Positions 21,164 to 32,370 are shown, numbered from the stretch's first letter. The stretch: 64,000 nucleotides of DNA from Coleofasciculus sp. B1-GNL1-01 (GCA_040220235.1 JAVJTO010000055.1), one strand, 5' to 3'. Translations and numbers: made by a program. Notes: generated from the letters alone by a model not told the origin.

Positions 21164-22235
21164 GTGAGGGTACAGAAATTTTTCGGCTCATCCCATAGAG
21201 AAGTAGTGCCAGTGTGATAAACCCGTAAGGGAAATAGGCTGGGTTACCGATTTGACCTAAGAGTGCCGGAACAGAGGTTTTGCCCAGGTAAGCGGCGTAA
21301 AATAGATAGCCTATTGCCACATGACCACACTTGTGTTGAACTAGAGCAAATACGGTGGCAAAGGTAGGACCATAGAGAAAGGCAGCGACAGCAAACAAGA
21401 TACCCAAGGGGAAAACACTCGTCAAACTGACCACGACTAATCCAGCCAGCAGCAACCATTGCAATCGTCGAATCGGTTGGGGATTGACCCAAATGCTCAA
21501 CGTTAAACGCCCCACGGTTAATCCTCCCCAATAGAGAGAAAGCAGGGTGCCACTCCAAACAACACTCTCACCCAAGCTTCTCAAGTAAGCGCCACTCCAG
21601 GTACCGATCGCACTCTCTAACCCGACATAGAGAAAAATCACCACCAGAAAGGGGGTAGCCTGTTTCCAAGGCATGCGATCGCGCTGGGGTTGATAGTTCA
21701 AAACATGGGGCGCTCTCCAGGCTAAAGCAACGGAACCCAGCGCCAAAATTGCCACCAGTCCACACGCCAATCGCCAAGGGAGAAATGTTCCCATCAGAGG
21801 CGCACTTAATGCTCCGAGTCCAAACGTCGCATTTGCCCAGTTGAGCAGCACAATTCGCCGTTGGGGATGAAGTTCGCCAACTAAGCTGTTGCATTGGAGA
21901 TTGAGAATTCCGTCTCCAAATCCGATCAGGAGTGCGGCTAGTCCAATCCAGATAAATGTAGGGGATAGGCAGATAAGAGCGAAGGCTACCGTAACCGTAA
22001 CAAATGCCAGAGCAAACCACGGATGACGTTCAACTCGCCGCGATGCTAATACCAGTCCGACTAAACTACTGGGCAAAAACGCCGTGTAGAAGAGTCCGAT
22101 ATTCACGGTTTCACCAAATGTTGCCGTCCATTGGGGCAGAAACGCCCCGGGTGCTGCCACAATGATGCCATGTAAAAATAATCCCATAAATCCGGCAGTA
22201 GTTAGTCGCAGGGATGCTAATTTTTGAACGGTCAT
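21147..22235 (-). CDS. MFS transporter
   Basis: Many TM helices; FGLGA..AP and FLYVGLE...W motifs. Start taken as MTVQK. Confidence 0.8.
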   Translation of the reverse strand: MTVQKLASLRLTTAGFMGLFLHGIIVAAPGAFLPQWTATFGETVNIGLFYTAFLPSSLVGLVLASRRVERHPWFALAFVTVTVAFALICLSPTFIWIGLAALLIGFGDGILNLQCNSLVGELHPQRRIVLLNWANATFGLGALSAPLMGTFLPWRLACGLVAILALGSVALAWRAPHVLNYQPQRDRMPWKQATPFLVVIFLYVGLESAIGTWSGAYLRSLGESVVWSGTLLSLYWGGLTVGRLTLSIWVNPQPIRRLQWLLLAGLVVVSLTSVFPLGILFAVAAFLYGPTFATVFALVQHKCGHVAIGYLFYAAYLGKTSVPALLGQIGNPAYFPYGFITLALLLYGMSRKISVPSLTYSD

Positions 22236-22318
22236 GAATTTTTCGGCATAAAATGGCAGATATATTTGAAGGTTAAACAACAATCCCCGGTCTTCCGACA
22301 ATTGCCTAACTTATATCA

Positions 22319-25123
22319 TTGGGTTTTATGAAAAAAAAGACAACCCTGAAAACACTACTCCATACGACCAGCCATGCTATCTTCTGGCTTTGGAATCTTA
22401 CCTTTTTGCTGGTCGTTTATTTGGGTCTATTGCCCCTGATTGGGGGTGATTTGGTCGTCGCCATATTGTCTGGTGAGATTGAACCTGAATTCCTTCTCCC
22501 CTTGGTCGGTCTCATCGCCGTACCCACCGTCTGTACTCTAATTGGAGGGTGGCATTTGCGCCGACAACCGTTGGAACTAATGCGTCTATTCTATGGCGTA
22601 GAAGCTCCCCTATTTGCCCTGTGCTTGGTTCGCTTGTTCCTGCTGCGAGAACTCACTCCTGCTAGTACCTTGATCCTGGGAACAGGAGTGGCGTGCATGC
22701 TGGCATTTTTCCTGGAAGTGCTGCGTGGCTATGCTCAACGGAATCAAAAATTAGCATGGCTACAACTGTTCACTCATAGCTTGATGCTGTTAGTTGGTGT
22801 ATTCACCGGATTGTTGCTGCTGTTCTATGCCGTACCTGCGGCGGCGGTTTTAGTCGGTCAGTTCTTTGCCTTTGACTGGGTAGACGAACTGTGGTCAATT
22901 TTACAGTATGACCCATCTTTCGCTGTCTGGGGAGTGCTGGCGCTTCTCCTCTATGGCTTTAGCTGTACCCTATTCTTAGGGATGCCCTCGGCACTAGCCG
23001 CCTTATATGTTCAATCCGGGTATCGTATTATCAACAAATTTGCCTCCCAGTATGGCAAAAAACGCACGGTTCAGGGTACGGTTGCGGTAATCAGCGTCTG
23101 GATGATTCTGTTTATCTCGTTCACGACACAGCCCCAGGTTAAGGCATTTAAGCTGTTAGCTCAACCCGCCCAAACCGATAGCGCCAGAACCGCCCTCTTA
23201 GACCAGTCCGAGGCGATTCGCACCGGACTGCTGAACGCCTATTTGTCCTCTTATCGCTATCTCAGTCCTAAGGAAGACAATAACCATATCCAGGCGATGT
23301 ATCGTAGCGTCTTTGGTTTACCCGAGTCGCTTTGCCTATTTTTACAAGAGAGTTATAACCAACTGATGTCGCCGTTTTTGTACAACGGTTCGGGTTCAGA
23401 TATTGAAAAAGCCGAAAAACTCTACGCCGAATTCTTTGACACTCCCATCCAAAAAGCCGAGCGCAAGGCAGTACAACACGCCTTGCAATCCACGGCAATT
23501 ATAGACCAGGCAAAGGCAGGTGTCCTGAATATTAACCAGAAAAAGGTATGGCTGCGATCGCAACAAGTTAGCGTTACCGAACACAGGGATTGGGCGGAGG
23601 TGGAACTCTATGAGGTGTATGAAAACCAAACCAATGATGTCGAGGAAATACTCTACTATTTTTCCTTACCCGAAAGCGCCACAATTACAGGCGTATGGCT
23701 GGGAGACACCGATAAGCGATCGCAGCGCTTCCCGTTTCAAGTTTCACCACGGGGGGCGGCACAAAAGGTCTATAATTCCCAAGTCAGGCGATCGCGACCC
23801 GTTGATCCGGCGTTACTCGAACAGGTGGGACCGCGCCTTTATCGCCTCAGAGCCTTCCCAGTTCCACCCAAATTATCATTTCGGGAACAACAAAACTCAA
23901 CCGAACGCCCCACGCAAATGCATCTGTGGTTAACTTATAACGTGATGCGACAAGCACAGGGATGGGCGCTACCTCGATTAGCAGAAAAACGGAATATCTT
24001 CTGGACAAAGGACACCCAACGCTTGGGAAATGGAGGCGCGATCGCAACATCTGAAGATGAGTGGCTTCCTGCATTTTTAAGAGCAACCGATCAGCAGCAG
24101 CCAAAAGTCCATCAAGTGAATTTCCCAGAGGGTTACCAGATTACAGCAAAGCCATTAGCCAGAGAGGATTACACCTCACCCCAAGGTAAACGGTTTGCTA
24201 TTGTGGTGGATAGTTCGCGCAGTATGTCAGCCCAGGTTAAAGCACTGATAAAAACCTTCAACTGGTTAAAACAACAGGGGTTCGCGGATAACAGCTTTGC
24301 CAACAATGATGCCGATTTGTACATCACGGCTGCTGCTGGGAAACAACCTCAGCGTATGGACGATATCCGGATGTTTAATCCGGAAAAGATCACGTTCTAT
24401 GGTACACTTCAATATCAACAGATGCTGCAACAGTTTCTCCAATTGCAAGGTGATACGCCTTATGACGGCATTTTACTGGTAACGGATGAGGGGAGTTATG
24501 AATTATCCAAGGACAGTAAAGATGGGCTAGACATGCCTGCACCGTTATGGATGGTGCATCTGGGGGCATTACCACCTGCCTATGATGATGCGACTTTAAA
24601 AGCGATTCAAGATAGTGGGGGGGGTGTGTCTACAGAACTCCCAGAGGTCTTGCAGCGACTGGCAACAAAGGCGGCATTAGCCCCATCGGTGGTGAGTGTT
24701 GTGGATGGCTATGCTTGGTCGATGACAAAAACTCCCAGTGAAACCACGGCTAACAACGGTTTTGAGCCATTAGCCGCAAGGCAACTCGTGAACGGATTGA
24801 GTCAACAGATACAGGGAAATAATCTGGCTCAACTGGATGCCATTCATGCGATCGCCAAAACCTATAAATTGGTGACACCCTACTCATCAATGATTGTCCT
24901 AGTCAATGATCAGCAGCGAGAGGCACTCAAGCAAGCGGAAGCCGAAGCGGATCGTTTTGATCGTAAGGTGGAAGATGGACAAGAACAGCTTAATCAGCCA
25001 AACAATCCTTTTTCCACCCCTGTGCCTGAACCTATAAATGGTATGGTTGTCAGTTCACTCGCGATCGCGCTGATCCTATTTCTCAAGCGTCAGCAAGAAT
25101 TGAATCAGAGGGTTCATGATTAG
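22319..25123 (+). CDS. PEP-CTERM integral membrane protein with VIT-like domain (TIGR02921-like)
   Basis: N-terminal TM block, EILYYFSLPESA, DPALLEQ, and C-terminal VPEP + TM + basic tail. Confidence 0.85.
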   Translation: MGFMKKKTTLKTLLHTTSHAIFWLWNLTFLLVVYLGLLPLIGGDLVVAILSGEIEPEFLLPLVGLIAVPTVCTLIGGWHLRRQPLELMRLFYGVEAPLFALCLVRLFLLRELTPASTLILGTGVACMLAFFLEVLRGYAQRNQKLAWLQLFTHSLMLLVGVFTGLLLLFYAVPAAAVLVGQFFAFDWVDELWSILQYDPSFAVWGVLALLLYGFSCTLFLGMPSALAALYVQSGYRIINKFASQYGKKRTVQGTVAVISVWMILFISFTTQPQVKAFKLLAQPAQTDSARTALLDQSEAIRTGLLNAYLSSYRYLSPKEDNNHIQAMYRSVFGLPESLCLFLQESYNQLMSPFLYNGSGSDIEKAEKLYAEFFDTPIQKAERKAVQHALQSTAIIDQAKAGVLNINQKKVWLRSQQVSVTEHRDWAEVELYEVYENQTNDVEEILYYFSLPESATITGVWLGDTDKRSQRFPFQVSPRGAAQKVYNSQVRRSRPVDPALLEQVGPRLYRLRAFPVPPKLSFREQQNSTERPTQMHLWLTYNVMRQAQGWALPRLAEKRNIFWTKDTQRLGNGGAIATSEDEWLPAFLRATDQQQPKVHQVNFPEGYQITAKPLAREDYTSPQGKRFAIVVDSSRSMSAQVKALIKTFNWLKQQGFADNSFANNDADLYITAAAGKQPQRMDDIRMFNPEKITFYGTLQYQQMLQQFLQLQGDTPYDGILLVTDEGSYELSKDSKDGLDMPAPLWMVHLGALPPAYDDATLKAIQDSGGGVSTELPEVLQRLATKAALAPSVVSVVDGYAWSMTKTPSETTANNGFEPLAARQLVNGLSQQIQGNNLAQLDAIHAIAKTYKLVTPYSSMIVLVNDQQREALKQAEAEADRFDRKVEDGQEQLNQPNNPFSTPVPEPINGMVVSSLAIALILFLKRQQELNQRVHD

Positions 25124-25350
25124 AGGGCGATTTCAAGGTAAATTCTAGATATTTCCGGACAAGCCTTCCTACTCATTCTCATTGAATGGTCGGCTTGCTA
25201 AAGGTTCAACATCCATATTGTCGGCGGTGGTAAATTTCCTCTCCCCACCTAGAAGTCCGGAGTCATTGGCGATATTGGCGTATCCAGTATATAGTTTTAG
25301 CGATCAGCTTACCTTCATGCGGACATACCAGGGAGCTGAGACTCAAACTC

Positions 25351-25755
25351 GTGACGCAGATGGATCAAGATGAAATTAAACGATTAGGAGCTTCCCTCAG
25401 GCAGATCGATCCAGGGATATTAAGCCCAGCGAAAGAGGGGATTACCAAAGTTTGGTATCAAGGAGGCGAGCCTTATTTTGATGTAGTGGTAGAACTTCGC
25501 CACGGCAAAATTGAGTGGTTTCAATTTACCTTGCGGGGTAAATCGATCTCCTGGAAACCGGGGTTTTTGGGTTTACAAACTGGAAAAACGAATGAATTGC
25601 AAACTGATGACCTGACGTTTCATCCAGCCAGCAAATTGATTGAACATAACAATCAAAAAGATCATAAATTTATTGAATTAGCTGGCGCTATTCTAAAAAC
25701 TCGCGCCGATGAACCTATCTTCCACCAAATTCTGACATTGTTCGATGCGGCTTAG
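25351..25755 (+). CDS. Hypothetical protein (cyanobacterial)
   Basis: 134-aa ORF with plausible composition (WYQGGEPYFDV, WFQFTLRG). Confidence 0.7.
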   Translation: MTQMDQDEIKRLGASLRQIDPGILSPAKEGITKVWYQGGEPYFDVVVELRHGKIEWFQFTLRGKSISWKPGFLGLQTGKTNELQTDDLTFHPASKLIEHNNQKDHKFIELAGAILKTRADEPIFHQILTLFDAA

Positions 25756-25779
25756 AGGGTTGGGATAAACTAAACCTGG

Positions 25780-25884
25780 ATAAGCTGTCATGCATTTAAA
25801 TTGGGTATTAGTAGCGAGCAAGATGCTCGCACTACAAGGATTGCGCCATTATTGATATTAAGGTTTAAATGCCGAACAGCTTAT
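25780..25884. mobile_element. MITE (about 105 bp) carrying an internal REP
   Basis: Terminal inverted repeats ATAAGCTGT..GCATTTAAA / TTTAAATGC..ACAGCTTAT; internal GTAGCGAGCAAGATGCTCGCACTAC; homologue at 55864-55996. Confidence 0.8.
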
Positions 25885-25910
25885 CAAGTGAGGGAGTTTG
25901 AGGGAGCTAT

Positions 25911-27384
25911 AAAACTCCGTCCTCAATAACGAGTGTTCGTTCAGAACACGATGTTATAGGGCGGGGATACATGGACTCCCTCAAGCTTATCGATTCCCCT
26001 CGATGGGGATGAGATAAGCAAATACATGAAAACTTGACACAACATTATAGCTCATGTAAGTTATCATGTTTTCATGCTGACAATGACCTACGAATACAAG
26101 TTACAACCAACAGCCGAACAGATTGCCACCATCGAGCAAACGCTAGATGTATGTCGTTCTGTTTGGAATTTTGCGCTTCGTCAGCGTAAAGATTGGTGTA
26201 ACTCTCGTAAGTCACCTGTTAATGCTTGTTCGATTCAATCTGAGTACATCATTTCAGCCAATGAACCTTTTCCTAACTATCACTTATCAGCCAAACAGCT
26301 CACAGAAGCTAAGAACCAATATCCTCAACTAAAAACAGTTCATTCTCAGGTTCTACAACAGGTACTAAGAACCTTGGATAGAGCATGGGATGATATGAAA
26401 ACCAGGGGATTCGGTTTTCCACGCTTCAAAAATAAGTATCGGATGCGTTCGTTTGTTTTTCCTCAGCTAGGGAAAGACCCAATTAGAAATGATGCGATCA
26501 AGTTCCCTAAATTGGGATGGGTTCAATGGCGAGGGTCCAGACCAATTCCAGAAGGGTTTGAAGTCAGGCAAGCAAGGGTTGTTAGAAAAGCATCTGGTTA
26601 CTTTGTCATGCTGTCTTTACAGCTAAATGTCCATGTTCCCAGTCCCATGCCTCACGGTCATCCGCGAGGATTAGATTTGGGTTACGACAAATTTGTAGCT
26701 ACTAGTGACGGTGAAGAGATTAAGCGACCTCGATTCCTGAAAACCATGCAGCGTAAGCTTAAATTGCTACAACGCAGGTTAAAGAATAAGCAAAAAAGCT
26801 CAAATAATCGACATAAGCTAAACCAAAAAATAGCTAGGCTACATCAGCGAATATCTGACACCAGAAAGGACTGGCACTATAAATTAAGCCATCATCTTTG
26901 CGATGGTGCTGGCATGGTATTTGTTGAGGATATCAACTTTGTTAGTTGGCAAAGAGGAATGCTGTCAAAACACAGTGCTGATGCTGGTTTTGGTCAGTTT
27001 GTCAGTATTCTTGAATGGGTGTGTTTTCGCCGTAATGTGTATTTTGCCAAAGTCAACAAGGATGGTACAAGTCAAACTTGTCCTAACTGTGGTACACATA
27101 CAGGCAAGAAAACTTTAGATATCAGATTTCACCATTGCCATGAGTGTGGATACAAAACTACAAGAGATGTAGCCAGCTCTCAAGAAATCAGAAATCGTGG
27201 AATAGCAGCCGTCGGGCAGACGGTAGTAGAAAATGTCTGTGGACTGGAAGCGACGGGGAGTATCGGTCACGATGCTCGCTTTTGGCACGGGACGAAGCAG
27301 AAACCCAGCATCGCAAGGTGTTGGAATCCCCTACTTCAAAGACATCGAGCATAGCGAGATGGCTTAAGTAGGGGAGGATGTCAA
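25911..27384 (+). mobile_element. IS200/IS605-superfamily element with tnpB only (IS1341-like)
   Basis: Left-end hairpin (CTCCGTCCT...AGGGCGGGG), tnpB, and right-end hairpin TCCCCTACTT...AAGTAGGGGA ending in TGTCAA at 27384. Confidence 0.85.
26074..27354 (+). CDS. tnpB: RNA-guided endonuclease TnpB
   Basis: HTH YEYKLQPT, GFPRFK, RuvC GLDLG / VEDIN / RDVAS, and Zn ribbon CPNC..CHEC. Confidence 0.95.
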   Translation: MLTMTYEYKLQPTAEQIATIEQTLDVCRSVWNFALRQRKDWCNSRKSPVNACSIQSEYIISANEPFPNYHLSAKQLTEAKNQYPQLKTVHSQVLQQVLRTLDRAWDDMKTRGFGFPRFKNKYRMRSFVFPQLGKDPIRNDAIKFPKLGWVQWRGSRPIPEGFEVRQARVVRKASGYFVMLSLQLNVHVPSPMPHGHPRGLDLGYDKFVATSDGEEIKRPRFLKTMQRKLKLLQRRLKNKQKSSNNRHKLNQKIARLHQRISDTRKDWHYKLSHHLCDGAGMVFVEDINFVSWQRGMLSKHSADAGFGQFVSILEWVCFRRNVYFAKVNKDGTSQTCPNCGTHTGKKTLDIRFHHCHECGYKTTRDVASSQEIRNRGIAAVGQTVVENVCGLEATGSIGHDARFWHGTKQKPSIARCWNPLLQRHRA

Positions 27385-27400
27385 TTCTGTAATAATGACG
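27200..27400 (+). ncRNA. Predicted TnpB omegaRNA (scaffold over the tnpB 3' end/right end, plus flanking guide)
   Basis: Established TnpB architecture. The guide would start at 27385 (TTCTGTAATAATGACG). 5' boundary approximate. Confidence 0.65.
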
Positions 27401-27439
27401 ATCGGTGTAATTTTGTGTAATTAGGAAGAAGGAGACTGT

Positions 27440-28399
27440 ATGGCTGGTAGTCAGGTTGATGCCGATTTGTGGATAAGCGAGTATATCACACCTTGGGATA
27501 TCTATATTCACGGGATTACCAAGGTTTTAGCTTATAAAAAAACAGCCTATCAGGAAATGTATATTGTGGAAACAGGAGCCTATGGCAAAGGCTTAGTTTT
27601 AGACGGTAAATGGCAATCCTGTACAGGGGATGAGTTTATTTATCATGAAGCCTTGGTTCAGCCCGCTATGATTAGTCACCCTAATCCGCGTCGTGTTCTT
27701 GTATTGGGCGGGGGTGAAGGAGCAACGGTACGCGAAATCCTGCGCTGGAAAACCGTTGAGCAGGTGATGATGGTGGATATTGATGGTGAGGTTGTGGAGG
27801 CTTGCCGACAACACCTGCCAGAAATGCATCAAAATGCCTTTGATGATACTCGAACTCAACTGGTTATTGGTGACGCTCTAGAGATTTTAGACAACATGGA
27901 ACAGCAGTGGGATATTGTCATCTCCGATTTGTCTGATCCGATTGAAGAAGGACCATCCTATAAGCTGTTTACCAAAGAGTTTTTTGAGAAAGTTCAGCGC
28001 GTTCTCACACCCAATGGGTTTTTAGTCCTGCAAGCTGGACCGGTGGGAACGTTCGCGGTCAAAGCCCATGCTCGTCTAGTGAACACCTTAAATGCTGTTT
28101 TTCCACAGATACACTCCTATTGTTGCTACACCCCCACCTACGGTGAACCCTGGGGATTTGCGATCGCGTCTGCCCAAGCCATTGATTCTCAACCCAATCC
28201 GGCTACCGTTGACCAACACCTGCAAGACAAGACAACGGGGGGCTTGCGCCTAATCGACGGTGTGGCGTTATTAGGACTGTTACAAACCCCTGCCTATATC
28301 CGTCGTGCGATCGCCTCGGAAACTCAAGTCTATACCTTAAACGAACCGCCAAAATTCTTTGGTAAGGGGGCATTGAGTCAATCATCCTCTCAATCGTGA
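27440..28399 (+). CDS. speE: Polyamine aminopropyltransferase (spermidine synthase family)
   Basis: LDGKWQS, DEFIYHE, VLGGGEGAT and IISD-like IVISDLSDP motifs. Confidence 0.9.
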   Translation: MAGSQVDADLWISEYITPWDIYIHGITKVLAYKKTAYQEMYIVETGAYGKGLVLDGKWQSCTGDEFIYHEALVQPAMISHPNPRRVLVLGGGEGATVREILRWKTVEQVMMVDIDGEVVEACRQHLPEMHQNAFDDTRTQLVIGDALEILDNMEQQWDIVISDLSDPIEEGPSYKLFTKEFFEKVQRVLTPNGFLVLQAGPVGTFAVKAHARLVNTLNAVFPQIHSYCCYTPTYGEPWGFAIASAQAIDSQPNPATVDQHLQDKTTGGLRLIDGVALLGLLQTPAYIRRAIASETQVYTLNEPPKFFGKGALSQSSSQS

Positions 28400-28731
28400 T
28401 CAACTGCCGGAGAATGCCTACCTGACCCACGAGATCTAAATGTAAAATTTTGTTACAGTAAATGTAATGATTTGTTGCAGCCTTAAAAAAAATAGACGGA
28501 AAAAGGGAAAACAACAGCGTAAAATTGCCAGTAAAACCAAGTAACTGAAGTTCTCAAGACTTCCAGGGTGCAACTCTCATATTTCCTAGCTGATGCTTCT
28601 CCTTGGCAGGCAGATAGCTGTCATAGCTATCAAATCGGTTTACCCGAACAAAGCCAATCTGTCAAGTTTGAGCGAATCAGTGACCTTTGCTATAACTCTG
28701 CCTAGCTACGCCAATACTCACCCCAGAGACA

Positions 28732-30993
28732 TTGCTCATGCAGCCTAGTGGTCTGCCGTTTCATTCCTTAGCTCTAGAACCAGCAATTGATGCCAATTTT
28801 TTGACCGTCGCACCAGATAGTCCTCTGGTGGATGTCTTGGCGCTCATGAGTCGATTTCGCAGTTGTCGGTTACCCAGCCAAGTGTTAGGAACTGACATGA
28901 GTCACATCCCAGCGAATCTCCCGCAAATTTCCTGTCTGTCTCAGGAAGAAGACACTGTGTTTGGAGTTGCGGATACGGCAGCAGGTTGTGTATTGGTGAT
29001 GGAGGGAGAGCGACTGGTTGGCGTATTTACTGAGCGCGATATTGTTAAGTTAGCAGCAGCGGGTCTTCCCTTAAGCCGAGTCAATATTTCGGAAATTATG
29101 ACCCGACCCGCGATTACGCTGCAACCGTCGCCGTCTCACGATATCTTTACCGCATTAGGACTCTTACGCCAGCATCGGATTCGTCACCTGCCAATTGTCA
29201 ATGAACAAGGGCAACCCATGGGAATTGTTACCCATGAAAGTATTCGCAAAGCGTTGCAACCCGTTAACCTGCTGACGCGATTGCGCTGTGTGCAAGATGT
29301 CATGACCAGAACGGTGATTCATGCACCCGTAACCACGTCAGTGTTACAGTTAGCCCAGCTCATGACAGAGCATCAAGTCAGTTGCGTGGTGATTACTCAA
29401 GTCAGAGATTCGGAAATTCAGCCTGGGGAACAAGCCACCCTAACGCCAGCCGGATGTTCTGCTCCTTTGACTAAAGTCTCTTGCTCATGTCCAATACTTT
29501 ATTCTCAGTCCCTGATTCCCGTGGGTATTGTCACGGAACGCGATATTGTGCAGTTTCAGGCACTAGAACTAGATTTATCGCGCCTACAGGCTCAAGAGGT
29601 GATGAGTACACCCCTATTTTGTCTAGGTCCCTCGGATTCCTTGTGGCTCGCCCATGAACAAATGCAGCAGCATCGGGTGCGACGGTTGGTCGTTCGCGGC
29701 AATCAGGGAGAATTAGTGGGAATCGTTTCCCAAACCAGCCTACTGCAAGTGCTTAACCCCGTGGAAATGTATGGGGTAATCGAACTACTGCAACAGGCGG
29801 TGGAAGAACGAACCTCGGAATTAGCCCAGACCAATGAACGGCTACGCCACGAAATTGGGGAGCGTCAGCGAGCGGAGTTAGCCCTGCAAAAATCCCATGA
29901 CCAATTGAAAATTCAAGTTGAACAACGCACAGCACAGCTTACTCAAGCCAATGTCCAGCTTCAACAGGATATTCTAGAACGCCAACGGGTAGAAACAGCC
30001 CTGCGGCAAAGTGAAGCCCAGTTGAAAAAACAAACCCGCGAACTCACACGCATGATCCAGCAGCTACATTCTTATCAAAGTCAGTTGATTCAGAGTGAAA
30101 AAATGTCGTCTTTGGGACAACTGGTTGCGGGGGTGGCTCATGAAATTAATAATCCGATTAATTTTATTTACGGAAATATTGCTTACGCTTCTCAGTATGT
30201 TCAGGACGTGATGGGTTTGCTGGAACTCTATGAACAGCACTATCCTCAGCCTGTATCCGAAATTCAAGAAACGACTGAGGACATTGATTTAGAGTTTGTC
30301 AAAACTGACTTGCCTAAACTGATTAACTCGATGAAACTGGGTGCCGATCGCATTCGCAACTTGGTGCTGTCGTTGCGGAATTTCTCCCGCTTGGATCAAG
30401 CGGAAATGAAATCAGTGGATTTGCATGAGGGATTAGACAATACGTTGTTGATTCTACAAAATCAGCTCAAAGCGACGCCCGGTCTAGTTGAGGTGCAATT
30501 GATGAAGGACTATGGGGATTTACCCTCGGTGGAATGTTATCCGGGACAACTCAACCAAGTGTTTATGAATCTACTGAGTAATGCCATTGATGCGCTGGAA
30601 GAGTTGAGGCAGTTAAATGCTCAAGCCCAGTTGTCTGATGGACAATCCTCTAGTCCTTATCCCACGATTGTGATTCAGACGGCGATTAAAGAGGTGAAGC
30701 GTCCTAAACTCCAGGCAAAATCATTGTTGGTGAATCAATGGGTGGTGGTTCGCATTACTGACAATGGATCGGGGATGACTGAGATGGTGCGTCAACGTCT
30801 ATTCGATCCGTTTTTCACCACGAAACCTGTCGGAAAAGGCACAGGTTTGGGGTTATCGATTAGCTATCAGATTGTCGTGGAAAAACATGGAGGATATCTT
30901 CAGTGTAATTCTGAACCGGGGCAAGGCAGTGAGTTTGTGATCGAAATTCCGCTGCGACAGCATACTCATGTCTCTATGAGTTCTCCCCAGTAG
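28732..30993 (+). CDS. CBS-domain sensor histidine kinase
   Basis: Four CBS repeats (GVFTERDIV, IRHLPIV), a coiled coil, H-box AHEINNP, N-box and G-boxes. Confidence 0.92.
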   Translation: MLMQPSGLPFHSLALEPAIDANFLTVAPDSPLVDVLALMSRFRSCRLPSQVLGTDMSHIPANLPQISCLSQEEDTVFGVADTAAGCVLVMEGERLVGVFTERDIVKLAAAGLPLSRVNISEIMTRPAITLQPSPSHDIFTALGLLRQHRIRHLPIVNEQGQPMGIVTHESIRKALQPVNLLTRLRCVQDVMTRTVIHAPVTTSVLQLAQLMTEHQVSCVVITQVRDSEIQPGEQATLTPAGCSAPLTKVSCSCPILYSQSLIPVGIVTERDIVQFQALELDLSRLQAQEVMSTPLFCLGPSDSLWLAHEQMQQHRVRRLVVRGNQGELVGIVSQTSLLQVLNPVEMYGVIELLQQAVEERTSELAQTNERLRHEIGERQRAELALQKSHDQLKIQVEQRTAQLTQANVQLQQDILERQRVETALRQSEAQLKKQTRELTRMIQQLHSYQSQLIQSEKMSSLGQLVAGVAHEINNPINFIYGNIAYASQYVQDVMGLLELYEQHYPQPVSEIQETTEDIDLEFVKTDLPKLINSMKLGADRIRNLVLSLRNFSRLDQAEMKSVDLHEGLDNTLLILQNQLKATPGLVEVQLMKDYGDLPSVECYPGQLNQVFMNLLSNAIDALEELRQLNAQAQLSDGQSSSPYPTIVIQTAIKEVKRPKLQAKSLLVNQWVVVRITDNGSGMTEMVRQRLFDPFFTTKPVGKGTGLGLSISYQIVVEKHGGYLQCNSEPGQGSEFVIEIPLRQHTHVSMSSPQ

Positions 30994-31018
30994 AAACGGG
31001 GGAAGCAGGGGAAGCAAT

Positions 31019-31044
31019 GTAGAGACGTGCCATGGCACGTCTGG
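31019..31044. repeat. REP GTAGAGACGTGCCATGGCACGTCT embedded in GGGGAAGCA-type 9-mer repeats
   Basis: Identical copies at 37133-37156 (reverse) and 49668-49691; variant at 54127-54154. Confidence 0.85.
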
Positions 31045-31167
31045 AAGCTACGGAAGCTGAGGCACTCTGAAAAGGAAGGTTGTACAATTAAAGGCAGCAA
31101 CTCAGCATAATGGGCGAGTTGCGATCGCGCTTGTCACCCCCTGCAAAAACTACCCGTTTCCAAGACC

Positions 31168-32370
31168 ATGAGTTTATCGTTAAAGCAGCTAACCGTTTAT
31201 CTGACCTTGCTAGGCTTAGGCGGTGGAGCAGGGGTTTTAGGTAGTCGCTACCTGATGGCTGAAACCCAAGGAGTCAATCCGCCAGAAGCAGTGCCTGCGG
31301 TATTGGAACCCTTATCCCCACCTCGGCGCTCCAACCGTCCCGCTCCCGCCAATCTTAATTTTATTGCCCAAGCTGTTGAGCAAGTTGGACCAGCGGTGGT
31401 GAGGATTGATGCGGCGCGTCAGCTCAGCCAAGAGGTTCCCGAACCGTTTAGAAATCCCTTCTTCCGCCGCTTTTTCGGCAATGAGATGCCTGTTCCGGAA
31501 CCTCGTGTGGAACGGGGAACGGGATCGGGTTTTATTCTGGAGTCAGATGGGCTGATTATTACCAATGCTCATGTGATCGATGGGGCGGATATCGTCAAGG
31601 TTACATTGAAAGATGGGCGGACGTTAGAGGGTCGGGTGTTAGGGGCAGATCCGGTAACCGATGTGGCGATTATTAAAATTGAGGCGGAAGATTTGCCCAC
31701 CGTCCGCTTGGGTAACGCTGATGAGTTGATTCCTGGGGAGTGGGCGATCGCGATCGGGAATCCTCTGGGTTTGGATAATACGGTAACGGTGGGCATCATT
31801 AGCGCTTTAGGGCGATCGAGTTCTCAGGTTGGGGTTCCAGAAAAACGAGTTAGTTTTATCCAAACCGATGCAGCAATTAATCCTGGAAATTCCGGCGGAC
31901 CCTTATTAAACGCCAATGGTGAAGTCATTGGAATTAATACGGCGATTCGTGCCAATGCTCAAGGATTGGGCTTTGCTATCCCCATTGAAACCGCTCAACG
32001 CATTGCTGAACAGCTTTTTGAAAAAGGTCGGGTTGACCATCCATATCTGGGAATTCAGATGGTAACGCTGACTCCAGAGTTACGCAAAGAAATTAATCAG
32101 GATCAAGATGCGGGTTTAAAGGTGACTCAAGATCAAGGCGTCTTAATCGTCCGCGTCGTTCCTAATTCCCCAGCTCAACAAGCGGGTCTTGAACCGGGTG
32201 ATATTATTCAAAAAGTTGGCGGAAAACCGATTAAAACTGCCTCGGATGTACAAGAAGAAGTAGAAGCGAGTGAAGTGGGCGCGAATCTCGATATTGAAGT
32301 GAATCGTCAGGGGAAAACGAAAACGATTCTCGTGAAACCGGGAGCGTTTCCGGTCAATCAATTGGAATGA
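31168..32370 (+). CDS. HtrA/Deg serine protease (HhoA/HhoB family)
   Basis: TNAHV, D, GNSGGPL catalytic triad and one PDZ domain. Confidence 0.95.
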   Translation: MSLSLKQLTVYLTLLGLGGGAGVLGSRYLMAETQGVNPPEAVPAVLEPLSPPRRSNRPAPANLNFIAQAVEQVGPAVVRIDAARQLSQEVPEPFRNPFFRRFFGNEMPVPEPRVERGTGSGFILESDGLIITNAHVIDGADIVKVTLKDGRTLEGRVLGADPVTDVAIIKIEAEDLPTVRLGNADELIPGEWAIAIGNPLGLDNTVTVGIISALGRSSSQVGVPEKRVSFIQTDAAINPGNSGGPLLNANGEVIGINTAIRANAQGLGFAIPIETAQRIAEQLFEKGRVDHPYLGIQMVTLTPELRKEINQDQDAGLKVTQDQGVLIVRVVPNSPAQQAGLEPGDIIQKVGGKPIKTASDVQEEVEASEVGANLDIEVNRQGKTKTILVKPGAFPVNQLE

